Notes under the pieces: model-generated
Database searches by the model: none
What the model was told of the DNA's origin: nothing
Seen by the model: the letters and a program-made list of their open reading frames with translations, nothing else
Assembly (NCBI GenBank): GCA_937129145.1
Contig: CAKZMU010000009.1
Span: forward strand, 80,551-144,550
DNA: 64,000 bases
Reading direction: 5' to 3'
From: an uncultured Lacinutrix sp.
Lineage (GTDB): Bacteria; Bacteroidota; Bacteroidia; Flavobacteriales; Flavobacteriaceae
Shown: positions 38,802 through 49,682 of the stretch, piece by piece
Layout: the number at the start of each line of letters is the position of its first letter
How positions within the stretch are numbered: the stretch's first letter is position 1
Position numbers and translations under genes: made by a program

Positions 38802-39791
38802 ATGAAAGTAGCTGTTGTTGGTGCCACTGGAATGGTTGGCAATGTCATATTAAAAGTTCTTGAAGAACGTAATTTTCCTGTGTCTGAGCTAATTCCTGTA
38901 GCTTCTGAAAGAAGTGTAGGAAAAACAATTGAGTTTAGAGGAAAACCTTATAAAATAGTTGGACTTACTGATGCTGTAAATATGAAACCTGATGTGGCGT
39001 TATTTTCAGCTGGAGGGAATACCTCATTAGAATGGGCTACTAAATTTGCAAAAATTGGTACAACAGTCATCGATAATTCTTCGGCTTTTAGAATGGATCA
39101 GGACAAAAAATTAGTAGTCCCAGAAATTAACGCAAAAGCACTCACTAAAGAAGATAAAATTATTGCAAACCCAAATTGCTCAACCATTCAATTGGTTTTG
39201 ACTTTAGCGCCTTTACACAAAGCATACAAGATGAGGCGTGTGGTTGTGTCAACATATCAGTCTGTTTCAGGAACTGGTGTAAAAGCAGTTGAGCAACTTG
39301 AAAATGAAATTAATGGTATTGAGGGCGATATGGCATATCCTTATCCAATTGGACGAAACGCTTTACCGCATTGCGATGTATTTCTTGAAAATGGGTACAC
39401 TAAAGAGGAAATGAAATTAGCTAGAGAGCCTCAAAAAATATTGGATGATAGAACTTTTTCGGTGACTGCAACTGCCGTGAGAATTCCAACAGCTGGAGGG
39501 CATTCTGAGTCTGTAAACGTTCAGTTTGAAAATGATTTCAACCTACAAGAAGTGCGTGAATTATTAGCAAAAACCGAAGGCATTATTGTACAAGATAATC
39601 CAAATACAAACACCTATCCTATGCCGATTTTAGCACATGGAAAAGATGAGGTTTTTGTTGGTAGAATTAGACGCGACGAAACCCAACCAAACACTCTAAA
39701 TATGTGGATTGTTGCCGATAATTTACGAAAAGGTGCTGCTACCAATGCCGTACAAATAGCCGAATACTTAGTAACCAACCAATTATTATAG
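38802..39791 (+). CDS. asd: aspartate-semialdehyde dehydrogenase
   Basis: NAD-binding N-terminus VAVVGATGMVG and active-site context NPNCSTI. Confidence 0.92.
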   Translation: MKVAVVGATGMVGNVILKVLEERNFPVSELIPVASERSVGKTIEFRGKPYKIVGLTDAVNMKPDVALFSAGGNTSLEWATKFAKIGTTVIDNSSAFRMDQDKKLVVPEINAKALTKEDKIIANPNCSTIQLVLTLAPLHKAYKMRRVVVSTYQSVSGTGVKAVEQLENEINGIEGDMAYPYPIGRNALPHCDVFLENGYTKEEMKLAREPQKILDDRTFSVTATAVRIPTAGGHSESVNVQFENDFNLQEVRELLAKTEGIIVQDNPNTNTYPMPILAHGKDEVFVGRIRRDETQPNTLNMWIVADNLRKGAATNAVQIAEYLVTNQLL

Positions 39792-39918
39792 TGTAAGCCT
39801 TGTCGTTTATAGGGAAAATCTGCCTTTTAACATATCGTATGGAAATTTTGGTATTATAACTAATTAATTACTAGCAACTTTACCTTTTAGTTAAATTAGC
39901 TATCCAAATTTTCTATAA

Positions 39919-41004
39919 ATGACAAAAAATTACTCCTGTTTAATAGGGCTTTTGCTATTTGTATTTGCTTGTACATCGTGTTCGGAAGATGATAACTATG
40001 TACAGGTTCAACCTACGCCAACTTCTCCTGTGTCTTTAAACCTAGAGAATGTTCCTTATTCTAATCTTTCAGAATATAATTTTTTTGAAGGTAATATGGC
40101 AGATTTAACACCTGTTTACGGTGTTTTACCATACAAAATTACTAGCGGACTATTTATAGATTATGCCAAAGCACAAACATTTGTTTGGATGCCTAAAGGC
40201 TCTAAAGCCAATTATGTTAATGACCACAGTATATTAGATTTTCCTGATGGCGCCGTATTAATTACCACGCACTATTTTGAAAATGTCTTGCCTGAAAAGA
40301 ATAGAAAAATGATTGAAACACGCCTTATCATAAAAAAAGAAGGCGAGTGGGTATTGGTAAATTATAAGTGGAACAATGAACAAACAGAAGCAGTCTATAC
40401 TACCGAAGGTAGTTTTGTTAACGTAAAGATTGAAGACAATAACGAAGCTAAAGCTGTTAATTATAAAATCCCATCATATAACGAGTGCTTTACTTGTCAC
40501 AATAAATACGATGAGATTTTGCCAATAGGTCTAAAGCCACAAAATATTAATGCCGATTTTACTTTTAAAGACGGTGTAAAAAACCAATTAAAGAAATGGG
40601 CAGAATTTGGGTACTTAGAAACCTCCAATATTCCTGCTGAAATTGTTTCGGTAGTGGACTGGGCAGATGTTTCACAACCATTAGACTTAAGAGTTAGGTC
40701 GTATCTAGATATAAATTGTGCGCATTGCCATTCAGATAAAGGATACTGTGAGTATGCACCAATGAGATTTTCTTTTAAAGATACCGAAGACTTTGCAAAC
40801 ATGGGTGTTGATGTTGAGCATAATTTTGAACTTGAAGGAGACTTATCACACATTATAGCTCCAGGAAAACCAGAAGAATCAGCTTTGCTGTTTAGGCTTA
40901 AATCAACCTTAGACGAATATAAAATGCCAATTATGGGAAGAAACCTTCAGCATAAAGAAGGTGTACAACTTATAGAACAATGGATTAACTCATTAGAAAA
41001 ATAA
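39919..41004 (+). CDS. lipoprotein with two CxxCH heme-c binding motifs
   Basis: Lipobox (FACTSC) and the motifs CFTCH and CAHCH in the C-terminal half. Confidence 0.6.
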   Translation: MTKNYSCLIGLLLFVFACTSCSEDDNYVQVQPTPTSPVSLNLENVPYSNLSEYNFFEGNMADLTPVYGVLPYKITSGLFIDYAKAQTFVWMPKGSKANYVNDHSILDFPDGAVLITTHYFENVLPEKNRKMIETRLIIKKEGEWVLVNYKWNNEQTEAVYTTEGSFVNVKIEDNNEAKAVNYKIPSYNECFTCHNKYDEILPIGLKPQNINADFTFKDGVKNQLKKWAEFGYLETSNIPAEIVSVVDWADVSQPLDLRVRSYLDINCAHCHSDKGYCEYAPMRFSFKDTEDFANMGVDVEHNFELEGDLSHIIAPGKPEESALLFRLKSTLDEYKMPIMGRNLQHKEGVQLIEQWINSLEK

Positions 41005-41037
41005 AATTGAATAAAATATTATAATATCCCAATCAAT

Positions 41038-43098
41038 ATGAAAACAAAATTACTCTTTTTAATTATTTGCTTAATGCCTTTTGCTATTAAGGCGCAAAGC
41101 AGTTCAAACACTTGTTCAGCAGCAGATGCTGCAACACATATAACAAGCGGTGGAACATACTCAATAACCTCGTTTGATGGAACAGCACCAGCTCCTGGTT
41201 GCTCTCCTGGAAGTATCGCAAGCAATGGAGAATGGTTTGCATATACACCAGCTAACGATTATCAAGTTACTATTTCGTCTGATATTGCTGGAAACGATGG
41301 AAAAGACACTAAACTTCAGGTTTATAATGGGACTTGCGCTGCTTTAAACTGTTTCGCAAATAGTGATGATGATGGTGTAGATGTTTACAGTCGTCTATCC
41401 GTCGTACAATTTGTAGCTCAAGCAAATACAACCTATTATATTGCTTGGGATAATAGATATGATTCATCTGCCTTCGATTTTGAATTAACCGAAACCACAC
41501 TACAACCAATTAGCTTTACTGAGCAATCAAGGTCTGGTGGCGGAACTTTAAGGGGTGCCGTAGATATGAATAATGATGGGTTAGACGATATTGTCTCTAT
41601 TGTTCCAAAAAACGTAAACGATAGTAATGTTTACGATATAAATATTCAAGAGCAAGAGCCTAATGGCAGTTTTACTGGTCACGATTACCCAGTTTCTGCG
41701 CCTTACAGTGCATCGTGGAGTTTAGCTGCTGGTGACTATAATGGTGATGGATACAATGACCTTGTTTGGGGAAATGGTTCTGGTGTAAACATTATTAAAG
41801 CAACTAACAGCGGAACTGATTATGCCATTGCTGAAACGCAAAGTGGCATATTTACTCAGCGTACAAATTTTGTGGATATCAACGAAGATGGTCGTTTAGA
41901 CGTTTTTATTTGCCACGATATTGCACCAAACATATACTATATGAATGAACCAAGTGGGTTAGAATATTATCAAGGAGCCGATCCAAATGGTGTTCCCGAA
42001 GGATTAGGTATTTACCCTTCTGGAGGTAATTATGGTTCTGTTTGGGTAGATTACGATAATGATGGTGACATCGATATGTTTATGGCAAAATGTGGTGGTG
42101 GTACAGCTAGACGTACAAATCAGTTATTTAGAAACAATGGAAATGGGTCTTTTACCGAAGTTGCTGCGGCAGCAAATTTAGCCGACCCAATTCAAACATG
42201 GTCTGGAGCATGGGGAGATTATGATAATGATGGAGATATGGATGTTTTTATTGGTGGTTACAATGGTACGTCTCACAAAATGATGCGTAACAATGGGGAT
42301 GGTACTTTTACCGATATTACGGCAACTACAAATTTAGGATTCTTTACTTATACAGGTATTGATAATGTAACTGCAGATTTTAATAATGATGGGTTTATAG
42401 ACATTCTTTCTAATGGTAATATTTTAGTTAACGACGGTAATCCAGCAAATATGTCGTTTACAGCTTACACTACAGATGTGCCTCCTCAAGGTGCTATTGG
42501 AGATTTAGATAATGATGGCTTTTTAGATGTTGCCAGCGGTTCTAAAATATATTATAATAACGGAAGCCCTAACAATTATTTTAAAATAAAATTAAACGGA
42601 AGTGGTCTTAATAAGGCTGGAATTGGAGCTCGTATAGAAATTACTACTAGTTCTGGAACTCAAATACGTGATGTTAGAAGTGGTGAAGGATTTAGATACA
42701 TGAATAGTTTAACAACGCACTTTGGTCTAGGTGTTGACACAAATATTACATCTGTTAAAGTGTATTGGCCTTCTAATACAGTAGATATCATGAACAATGT
42801 TGGTGTAAATCAAACCATTACTTTGTCTGAAGGTTCTACATTAAGCACACAAACTGAAGTATTTGCCGAGGATTTAACATTGTTCCCTAATCCAGCAAAA
42901 AGCACCTTATATGTTCGTACAAAATACAACCTGAGCGATGCCATTTATACCGTTTTTGATATTTCTGGTAAGCGTGTGTTAAACAGTAAATTTGGAAGAG
43001 AAAATACTGTTAATGTATCATCGTTAAGTACTGGAACTTACTTTTTAAGAGTGATGCAAGATGGTTTATCTCACACACAAAAATTTATTAAAGAGTAA
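41038..43098 (+). CDS. FG-GAP/VCBS repeat protein with ASPIC/UnbV-like region and T9SS C-terminal sorting domain (CRTAC1-like)
   Basis: Repeated D.N.DG..D motifs, a GARIEI...RDVRSGEGF segment, and a C-terminal roughly 80 aa of LFPNPAKSTLYV...GTYFLRV type. Confidence 0.75.
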   Translation: MKTKLLFLIICLMPFAIKAQSSSNTCSAADAATHITSGGTYSITSFDGTAPAPGCSPGSIASNGEWFAYTPANDYQVTISSDIAGNDGKDTKLQVYNGTCAALNCFANSDDDGVDVYSRLSVVQFVAQANTTYYIAWDNRYDSSAFDFELTETTLQPISFTEQSRSGGGTLRGAVDMNNDGLDDIVSIVPKNVNDSNVYDINIQEQEPNGSFTGHDYPVSAPYSASWSLAAGDYNGDGYNDLVWGNGSGVNIIKATNSGTDYAIAETQSGIFTQRTNFVDINEDGRLDVFICHDIAPNIYYMNEPSGLEYYQGADPNGVPEGLGIYPSGGNYGSVWVDYDNDGDIDMFMAKCGGGTARRTNQLFRNNGNGSFTEVAAAANLADPIQTWSGAWGDYDNDGDMDVFIGGYNGTSHKMMRNNGDGTFTDITATTNLGFFTYTGIDNVTADFNNDGFIDILSNGNILVNDGNPANMSFTAYTTDVPPQGAIGDLDNDGFLDVASGSKIYYNNGSPNNYFKIKLNGSGLNKAGIGARIEITTSSGTQIRDVRSGEGFRYMNSLTTHFGLGVDTNITSVKVYWPSNTVDIMNNVGVNQTITLSEGSTLSTQTEVFAEDLTLFPNPAKSTLYVRTKYNLSDAIYTVFDISGKRVLNSKFGRENTVNVSSLSTGTYFLRVMQDGLSHTQKFIKE

Positions 43099-43122
43099 AA
43101 AACTAACTAATATATAATACTA

Positions 43123-43149
43123 AGCCATCTCAATTGAGATGGCTTTTTA
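43123..43149 (+). terminator. rho-independent terminator
   Basis: AGCCATCTCAATTGAGATGGCT followed by T5. Confidence 0.8.
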
Positions 43150-43175
43150 TGTTATTTTTGCAGTTAACTATTTAT

Positions 43176-44093
43176 ATGCTTAAGGTTAAAAATATTTCTT
43201 TTGGTTATAAAAAAAGCAAGGTTTTAAAAACTGTTGACTTTTCGGTATTGCCTAGTGAAAATGTTTCAATTATTGGTGAAAGTGGCTCAGGAAAAAGCAC
43301 TTTGTTGAAGTTAATATATGGTGAATATGATTTAGATGAAGGTTCTATAAGTTGGAAAAATCAATCCATATTAGGTCCAAGTCACAACTTGGTAGTTGGT
43401 TATGATTTTATGAAATATGTAGCTCAAGAATTTAACTTAATGCCTTATATAACCGTTGAGGAAAATATTGGCAAATTCTTGTCGAATTTCTTTCCTGAAG
43501 AAAAACAAACACGCATCAATGAACTTATTGAAATTGTTGAGTTAATTGAGTTTGCAAACGTAAAAGTGAAATATTTAAGTGGAGGTCAAAAACAGCGAGT
43601 GGCTTTGGCTAGAGCCATAGCGTTACAGCCAGAAATTATTTTGTTGGACGAACCTTTTAGCCATATTGACAATTTTAAAAAACAATCACTACGTCGAAAC
43701 CTATTTGGCTATTTAAAAAAACACAATATTGCCTGCATTGTTGCAACGCACGATAAAAATGATGTACTCCCTTTTTCTGATAAAATAATTGTACTTCATA
43801 AAGGAGTAATTCTAGCAAATGACGCACCACAAGTATTATACAAAAACCCTAAATCACCTTTAGTTGCTTCGTTTTTTGGTGAGTTTAGTGTTCTAGAACC
43901 TTACGGAATTTTATACGCACATCAGCTTAAATTAGTTGAACATTCTAGCCTAAAAGCAACTGTGTTAGAAAGCTATTACAACGGCAATCATTACTTAGTT
44001 AAAGCAACGGTAGATGATGCCATTGTTTTTTTTGAATCTAAATCTGCCATTAAAACTAACGACGTGGTGTGTTTAGAAGTTTCTAAAAGCTAA
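43176..44093 (+). CDS. ABC transporter ATP-binding protein
   Basis: Walker A GESGSGKST, signature LSGGQKQR and Walker B ILLDEP. The start is placed after the terminator, at ATG 43176. Confidence 0.85.
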   Translation: MLKVKNISFGYKKSKVLKTVDFSVLPSENVSIIGESGSGKSTLLKLIYGEYDLDEGSISWKNQSILGPSHNLVVGYDFMKYVAQEFNLMPYITVEENIGKFLSNFFPEEKQTRINELIEIVELIEFANVKVKYLSGGQKQRVALARAIALQPEIILLDEPFSHIDNFKKQSLRRNLFGYLKKHNIACIVATHDKNDVLPFSDKIIVLHKGVILANDAPQVLYKNPKSPLVASFFGEFSVLEPYGILYAHQLKLVEHSSLKATVLESYYNGNHYLVKATVDDAIVFFESKSAIKTNDVVCLEVSKS

Positions 44094-44543
44094 TTATTCA
44101 ATTTTTTGAATCAATATATTTTTCCCATTAAAAACAACCATATCATTAATACTTTTGCCCAGTAATAGTTTTCCAATGGGTGAAATAGATGAAATGGCAT
44201 AAAACGATTGACCGTTCACTTCTAATTTTCCTGCGCTTACAGCAATAAAATAGTTTAACTGGTTGGTGTAAACCAACGACCCAAGCGCCACCACGGTAGC
44301 GCTTTTATCAACTTGAACCCTATTTAAAACAGCCCGCATTTTATTGATTTCAGCTAATTGATTTCCTGTTTTTTCGCGTTCAAGTTGTAGCATTGCTCTA
44401 CCTGTTTCATGTTTATCTCCTGCGCTGCTTTTGGTTTCGGACAATAAGGATTCTTGAATTTCTAAAATAGTATTTTGAATAATTAACAAACGATTATCTA
44501 TAAACTCAATACACTTGTTGTATAATTTTTCCTTAATAGACAT
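44094..44543 (-). CDS. GreA/GreB C-terminal-domain-like protein
   Basis: 149 aa with an N-terminal coiled-coil and a C-terminal FKBP-like segment (ISPIGKLLLGKSINDMV). Confidence 0.5.
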   Translation of the reverse strand: MSIKEKLYNKCIEFIDNRLLIIQNTILEIQESLLSETKSSAGDKHETGRAMLQLEREKTGNQLAEINKMRAVLNRVQVDKSATVVALGSLVYTNQLNYFIAVSAGKLEVNGQSFYAISSISPIGKLLLGKSINDMVVFNGKNILIQKIE

Positions 44544-45652
44544 TACACTAAATCAGCTAATTCCTTACCAACCAAACTTCCTATGGCAACTCCCATTCCG
44601 CCAAGTCGGACGCCGCAAAAAACATGATTGGACACTTGTTTTACAATTGCTTTTTTCTGGCTTCCAACTCCCATAATTCCACTCCATCTATGGTCAATTT
44701 CAAAAGGTGTTTCTGGTAAAATTGTAGTTTTAAGTAGTTGTTCTAATTTGTTTTGGATGGTTTTTGTTTGTCCAAAATCCGTGGTTTCTTCAGTTTTATA
44801 GTCAAGGTTTCGACCTCCTCCAAACAATATTCTATTATCAATATTTCTGAAATAATAGTACCCTCTTTCTAAGTGAAAAGTACCCTTTATTTGTAAATTT
44901 TTTATTGGCTTAGTAATTAATACTTGTGCTCTTGCTGGCTTTACGCCTTCTATATTTAGTTGAGAAGAAAACCCATTGGTGGCTATTAGTAATTTTGAGG
45001 ATGAAAATTCAAAATGATTTGTGTCTATTTTAACCGAATTATTGTCTTCAAAAAAACCTGTTACAGTTGTATTGTTTAAAATTTTAATTCCTTTTGATAA
45101 CACTTTCTTAAGTAAGGTTTCCATCATTTTGCCTGTGTCCAATTGCCCTTCAAACTTATTGAAAATATACTTCTGTTTTATATTTATAAATTGAAAAACA
45201 TTGTCGCTAACACTATACACATTATCATTAAAAATTGGTTTAAGCAACCTATTTATAGCTTCCTTTTTCTCTAAACATTCTTCTAATAAGTTGTCTTGAT
45301 TGGAAAACAACTCAAACCCTCCCAATGCTTTATAGTTAATAGCCTTATCGCTTAGGGTTTTTCTTAGTAATTGCAAACCATCAATACGTTTTTTTACGAG
45401 CTCTAAGACTTCTTCTTTTGTGTGTGATTTTAAGTCGTCCAAAATTTCACTTAAACTACCAAAACATGCAAAGCCAGCATTTTTTGTGCTAGCTCCTTGT
45501 GGCAATATGCCTTTTTCGAGTATTAAAATTTTAGCTTCTGGAAAACGTCCTTTTAAATGCAATGCACAGTTAAGTCCAACTATTCCACTACCAATTATAG
45601 TATAATCAACATCTGTTAACCACGATTTTATTTCCCAATACGACAATTTCAT
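44543..45652 (-). CDS. FAD-dependent oxidoreductase (DAO family)
   Basis: N-terminal dinucleotide-binding motif IIGSGIVGL. Size is 369 aa. Confidence 0.75.
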   Translation of the reverse strand: MKLSYWEIKSWLTDVDYTIIGSGIVGLNCALHLKGRFPEAKILILEKGILPQGASTKNAGFACFGSLSEILDDLKSHTKEEVLELVKKRIDGLQLLRKTLSDKAINYKALGGFELFSNQDNLLEECLEKKEAINRLLKPIFNDNVYSVSDNVFQFINIKQKYIFNKFEGQLDTGKMMETLLKKVLSKGIKILNNTTVTGFFEDNNSVKIDTNHFEFSSSKLLIATNGFSSQLNIEGVKPARAQVLITKPIKNLQIKGTFHLERGYYYFRNIDNRILFGGGRNLDYKTEETTDFGQTKTIQNKLEQLLKTTILPETPFEIDHRWSGIMGVGSQKKAIVKQVSNHVFCGVRLGGMGVAIGSLVGKELADLV

Positions 45653-45692
45653 AGAGTAAAAATAGTGGTTTTGATTGATTATGTGTTAAAAA

Positions 45693-45720
45693 CAAAAAAA
45701 CCTGAATTTTCATTCAGGTT
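45693..45720 (-). terminator. rho-independent terminator downstream of accC
   Basis: On the minus strand, the hairpin AACCTGAATGAAAATTCAGGTT is followed by a T-run. Confidence 0.8.
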
Positions 45721-45727
45721 TCTTTAA

Positions 45728-47080
45728 TTAATCTTTATACTGTTCATCCATTTCAAAATCTTCCATGAATTTAGTAGTATAATTACCTGCTAAATAATCT
45801 GGATGGTCCATTAATTGTCTGTGAAACGGAATGGTTGTTTTTATCCCTTCAATAATAAATTCATCTAAGGCACGCTTCATTTTATTGATGGCCTCTTCAC
45901 GAGTTTGCGCAGTTGTAATTAACTTGGCAATCATTGAATCGTAATTTGGCGGAATAGAATACCCTGCATATACATGCGTATCTAAACGCACGCCATGACC
46001 TCCAGGAGCGTGTAATGTTGTAATTTTTCCTGGTGATGGTCTAAAGTCGTTAAATGGGTCTTCGGCGTTAATTCTACACTCAATTGAATGTAAATTTGGA
46101 GAATAATGCTTTCCAGAAATTGGCACACCAGCAGCTACTAATATTTGCTCACGAATCAAATCGAAATCTATTACTTGTTCCGTAATAGGGTGCTCTACTT
46201 GAATACGTGTGTTCATTTCCATGAAATAGAAATTTCTATGCTTATCAACCAAGAATTCTACCGTCCCAGCGCCTTCATACTTAATATATTCGGCAGCTTT
46301 TACAGCAGCTTCACCCATTTTTTTACGTAAGGCTTTGGTCATAAATGGAGAAGGAACTTCTTCCGTTAGCTTTTGATGGCGTCGTTGCACCGAACAATCT
46401 CTTTCAGATAAATGGCAAGCAACACCTCGAGAATCTCCAACAATTTGAATTTCAATATGTCTAGGTTCTTCAATGAGTTTTTCCATGTACATATCGTCAT
46501 TTCCAAAGGCTGCTTTCGATTCTTGTCTTGCAGAATCCCAAGCTTCTTTTAAATCTTCAGGTTTCCAAACGGCACGCATCCCTTTTCCACCACCTCCTGC
46601 AGAGGCTTTAAGCATTACAGGATAGCCTGTTTCTACAGCAAGCTTTTCACATTCTTCAAAATCTTCTATCACACCTTCACTTCCTGGAACACATGGCACT
46701 CCTGCTGCTTTCATCGTAGCTTTTGCGTTGGCCTTGTCTCCCATTCTATCAATCATTTCAGAAGATGCTCCAATAAATTTAATGTCGTGTTCCCCACATA
46801 TTTTTGAGAATTTGGCATTTTCAGATAAGAATCCATATCCAGGATGTATCGCATCGGCGTTAGTAATTTCTGCCGCTGCAATAATGTTAGACATTTTTAA
46901 ATACGATTCGTTACTAGGTGCTGGACCTATACAAACCGCTTCGTCAGCAAATTTTACGTGAAGACTTTCGGCATCAGCTGTAGAATATACTGCAACTGTT
47001 TTAATTCCCATTTCTTTACAGGTTCTAATAACACGTAATGCTATTTCCCCTCGATTGGCTACTAATATTTTTTTAAACAT
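45728..47080 (-). CDS. accC: acetyl-CoA carboxylase biotin carboxylase subunit
   Basis: [20 protein letters not shown] plus ATP-grasp motifs. The start is set at the internal ATG at 47080. The ORF-track start adds 24 non-conserved residues. Confidence 0.93.
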   Translation of the reverse strand: MFKKILVANRGEIALRVIRTCKEMGIKTVAVYSTADAESLHVKFADEAVCIGPAPSNESYLKMSNIIAAAEITNADAIHPGYGFLSENAKFSKICGEHDIKFIGASSEMIDRMGDKANAKATMKAAGVPCVPGSEGVIEDFEECEKLAVETGYPVMLKASAGGGGKGMRAVWKPEDLKEAWDSARQESKAAFGNDDMYMEKLIEEPRHIEIQIVGDSRGVACHLSERDCSVQRRHQKLTEEVPSPFMTKALRKKMGEAAVKAAEYIKYEGAGTVEFLVDKHRNFYFMEMNTRIQVEHPITEQVIDFDLIREQILVAAGVPISGKHYSPNLHSIECRINAEDPFNDFRPSPGKITTLHAPGGHGVRLDTHVYAGYSIPPNYDSMIAKLITTAQTREEAINKMKRALDEFIIEGIKTTIPFHRQLMDHPDYLAGNYTTKFMEDFEMDEQYKD

Positions 47081-47179
47081 AACTCTTGTTTTAAAAATTT
47101 CAAATTCCTTACTCCAAATTCCAAATATTGGATTTTGAGTCCCGATAATCATCGAGATGTGTTTTGGAATTTTTAATTG

Positions 47180-47656
47180 TTATGATGGGTCCACCAAAAA
47201 TAATGGTTGGTCAAATTCTACTGGAGAAGAGTCGTCAACTAGTATTTTAACTATTTTACCAGAAACTTCAGATTCTATCTCATTAAAAAGTTTCATTGCC
47301 TCAATAATACAAAGTACATCCCCTTCTGAAATATTTTGTCCTACCTCAACAAATAATGGTTTATCTGGTGATGGTTTTCTGTAGAAGGTTCCTATAATAG
47401 GTGATTTTATTGTAATATATTTTGAGTCGTCCTCAGCTGGAGCTGCTGGTGTAGCTGTTGGTGCAGGCGCGGAAGCAACTGGTTGAGCAGCGGCTTGTGG
47501 CATTTGCGCTTGTACTGGAACTTGCTGTACTATTGTGGTTTCAGAATCTGATCCTGTTTTAATGGTGATTTTTACATCATCCATCTCCAATTTAACCTCG
47601 TTAGCACCAGACTTGGCAACAAACTTGATTAAGTTTTGAATCTCTTTTAAATCCAT
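47180..47656 (-). CDS. accB: biotin carboxyl carrier protein
   Basis: Biotinylation motif [10 protein letters not shown] and an Ala/Pro-rich linker. Confidence 0.92.
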   Translation of the reverse strand: MDLKEIQNLIKFVAKSGANEVKLEMDDVKITIKTGSDSETTIVQQVPVQAQMPQAAAQPVASAPAPTATPAAPAEDDSKYITIKSPIIGTFYRKPSPDKPLFVEVGQNISEGDVLCIIEAMKLFNEIESEVSGKIVKILVDDSSPVEFDQPLFLVDPS

Positions 47657-47685
47657 AATTTGCTATTTTTAATTTAGTTAGTTTG

Positions 47686-48681
47686 TTAAGAATTATAGGC
47701 CCATTTTAAATAAATGGAACCCCAAGTAAATCCGCCTCCAAAAGCGGCAAAAATTATATTATCTCCTTTTTTAAGGTGTGATTCGTAATCGTGTAATAAT
47801 AACGGAAGCGTTGCCGACGTAGTATTACCATATTTTTCAATATTCATCATTACCTTGTCTTTGTCGAGCTCTATCCTGTTGGCGGTTGCATCAATAATTC
47901 GTTTATTGGCTTGATGAGCAGCTAACCAAGCAACATCATCTTTTGTTAAATTATTGCGCTCTAATATTTTTACTGCTACATCTGCCATATTAAATACAGC
48001 ATTTTTAAATACTGTTTTTCCGTCTTGAAAAACATAATGCTTACCATCGTTAAAAGCCTCTTGAGTCATAGGGTAAGATGAGCCACCATAAGTTGCTTGT
48101 AAAAACTCCCTTCCAGAGCCATCGCTTCTAAGGTATTCGTCTTGAAGTCCTAAACCCTCTTCATTAGGTTCAAATAAAACAGCTCCTGCGCCATCTCCAA
48201 AAATGATACACGTTGCTCTATCTTCATAATTAATAAATGATGAATTTTTATCAGCGCCTATTAATAACACATTTTTATATCTTCCTGATTCAATATATTT
48301 TGCAGCTGTAGACATTCCAAACAAAAAGCTTGAACAGGCTGCCTCCAAGTCAAAAGAAAATGCGTTTGTAGCACCAATTTGTGTTGCTGTATAAGCAGCT
48401 GTTGACGCTGCCTTCATATCTGGAGTTGCGGTTGCAACTATAACGAGTTCTATATTTTTTGGGTCAATTCCTTTTTTCTTTATTAAATCTTCTGCCGCTT
48501 TAATAGCCAAAAAAGAGGTTCCTTTCCCTTCATCTTTAAGGATTCTACGTTCCTTAATTCCTGTTCTAGTTGTAATCCATTCATCATTAGTATCAACCAT
48601 GGTTTCCAATATTTGGTTGGTTAATACATATTCTGGCACATATGCGCCAACAGCTGTAATCGCTGCTGTGATTTTACTCAT
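47686..48681 (-). CDS. fabH: 3-oxoacyl-ACP synthase III
   Basis: Active-site context AACSSF, HQANKRI and the GNTSA motif. Confidence 0.9.
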   Translation of the reverse strand: MSKITAAITAVGAYVPEYVLTNQILETMVDTNDEWITTRTGIKERRILKDEGKGTSFLAIKAAEDLIKKKGIDPKNIELVIVATATPDMKAASTAAYTATQIGATNAFSFDLEAACSSFLFGMSTAAKYIESGRYKNVLLIGADKNSSFINYEDRATCIIFGDGAGAVLFEPNEEGLGLQDEYLRSDGSGREFLQATYGGSSYPMTQEAFNDGKHYVFQDGKTVFKNAVFNMADVAVKILERNNLTKDDVAWLAAHQANKRIIDATANRIELDKDKVMMNIEKYGNTTSATLPLLLHDYESHLKKGDNIIFAAFGGGFTWGSIYLKWAYNS

Positions 48682-48811
48682 AGTTATAGTTTAGTTTTGA
48701 ACAAAAAGTCGCAAAATTGACGTAAAACGCCAAAAAAGTGATGAAAAATACCACTTTTTACACAAATATGGTGCAAAATAGGTGTTTTTGGCTTCAAAAA
48801 AAATTTATCAT

Positions 48812-48838
48812 AAAAAAAACGCTCACAAGTGAGCGCTT
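48812..48838 (-). terminator. rho-independent terminator after rpmF
   Basis: On the minus strand, the hairpin AGCGCTCAC-TTGT-GAGCGTT is followed by T8. Confidence 0.75.
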
Positions 48839-48860
48839 AATTATATTGTTAGCAATGTGC

Positions 48861-49061
48861 TTATGCTATATTTTCTTCTTGAGAATTATCTACCAACACT
48901 TGACCTCTGTAGTAAAGTTTTCCTTCGTGCCAATGAGCTCTGTGGTATAAGTGTGCTTCTCCTGTAGTAGGACACGTAGCAATTTGTGGTACTGTTGCCT
49001 TGTAATGTGTTCTTCTCTTATCTCTTCTTGTTTTCGAGATTTTTCTTTTAGGATGTGCCAT
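48861..49061 (-). CDS. rpmF: 50S ribosomal protein L32
   Basis: [19 protein letters not shown] is a canonical L32 N-terminus. Confidence 0.92.
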   Translation of the reverse strand: MAHPKRKISKTRRDKRRTHYKATVPQIATCPTTGEAHLYHRAHWHEGKLYYRGQVLVDNSQEENIA

Positions 49062-49069
49062 TTTCTATA

Positions 49070-49615
49070 TTATTTATCCGTTAATAATTTTTTTAATGTA
49101 TTCCAACGAGGGTCAATATCCTCATTTTCTGTTTTTTCTTCTAAGCTTTTTGGGCTTAATTCTTCTAATTTATTGAGTATTTCTGAGCTTAAAGACCCGT
49201 CTATTACGCCTGGGTGCACTCTTTTATGCGGAACTGATAACACAATTAATTCGTAAATATATTGCGAAATATCCACTTCATATTCTGAATGAGGTATGAT
49301 TAAAATTTCCTCATTTTCATCATTATACTCATTTCCGAACTTTACAACCAAATTAAAATCGTTTTCGATAGCTTGGTCAAAAGGTTCGTTTGTTAAATCA
49401 CAGTTTACATTAACTGCTCCAGACACTATAAAATGCCATTCTAATAACGTTGTTTTTTTATTTAAAACAACTTTTACATCTAGATTAGCATCGTTAAATT
49501 CGTCGTACTCAAAATGGTTAAAGAACTTATTGTCAATTTTATACTCGAAATGATGTTCTCCTTGTTTTAATCCTATAAATTGAATTACAAACTCTTTCAT
49601 TTTCTTCATCTCCAC
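49070..49615 (-). CDS. DUF177 (YceD-like) protein
   Basis: Conserved position upstream of rpmF, an acidic sequence, about 175 aa. Confidence 0.7.
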   Translation of the reverse strand: MEMKKMKEFVIQFIGLKQGEHHFEYKIDNKFFNHFEYDEFNDANLDVKVVLNKKTTLLEWHFIVSGAVNVNCDLTNEPFDQAIENDFNLVVKFGNEYNDENEEILIIPHSEYEVDISQYIYELIVLSVPHKRVHPGVIDGSLSSEILNKLEELSPKSLEEKTENEDIDPRWNTLKKLLTDK

Positions 49616-49682
49616 ATTTATTTCGAGCGTGCAAATATATAAAATAATATTTACCTATTTGTGGTTATAAACATTTTTTTGT

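Noticed and set aside
47157-47384. 75-aa plus-strand ORF between accC and accB
   Set aside because: It is mostly antisense to accB. The short accB-accC spacer leaves no room for an independent gene.
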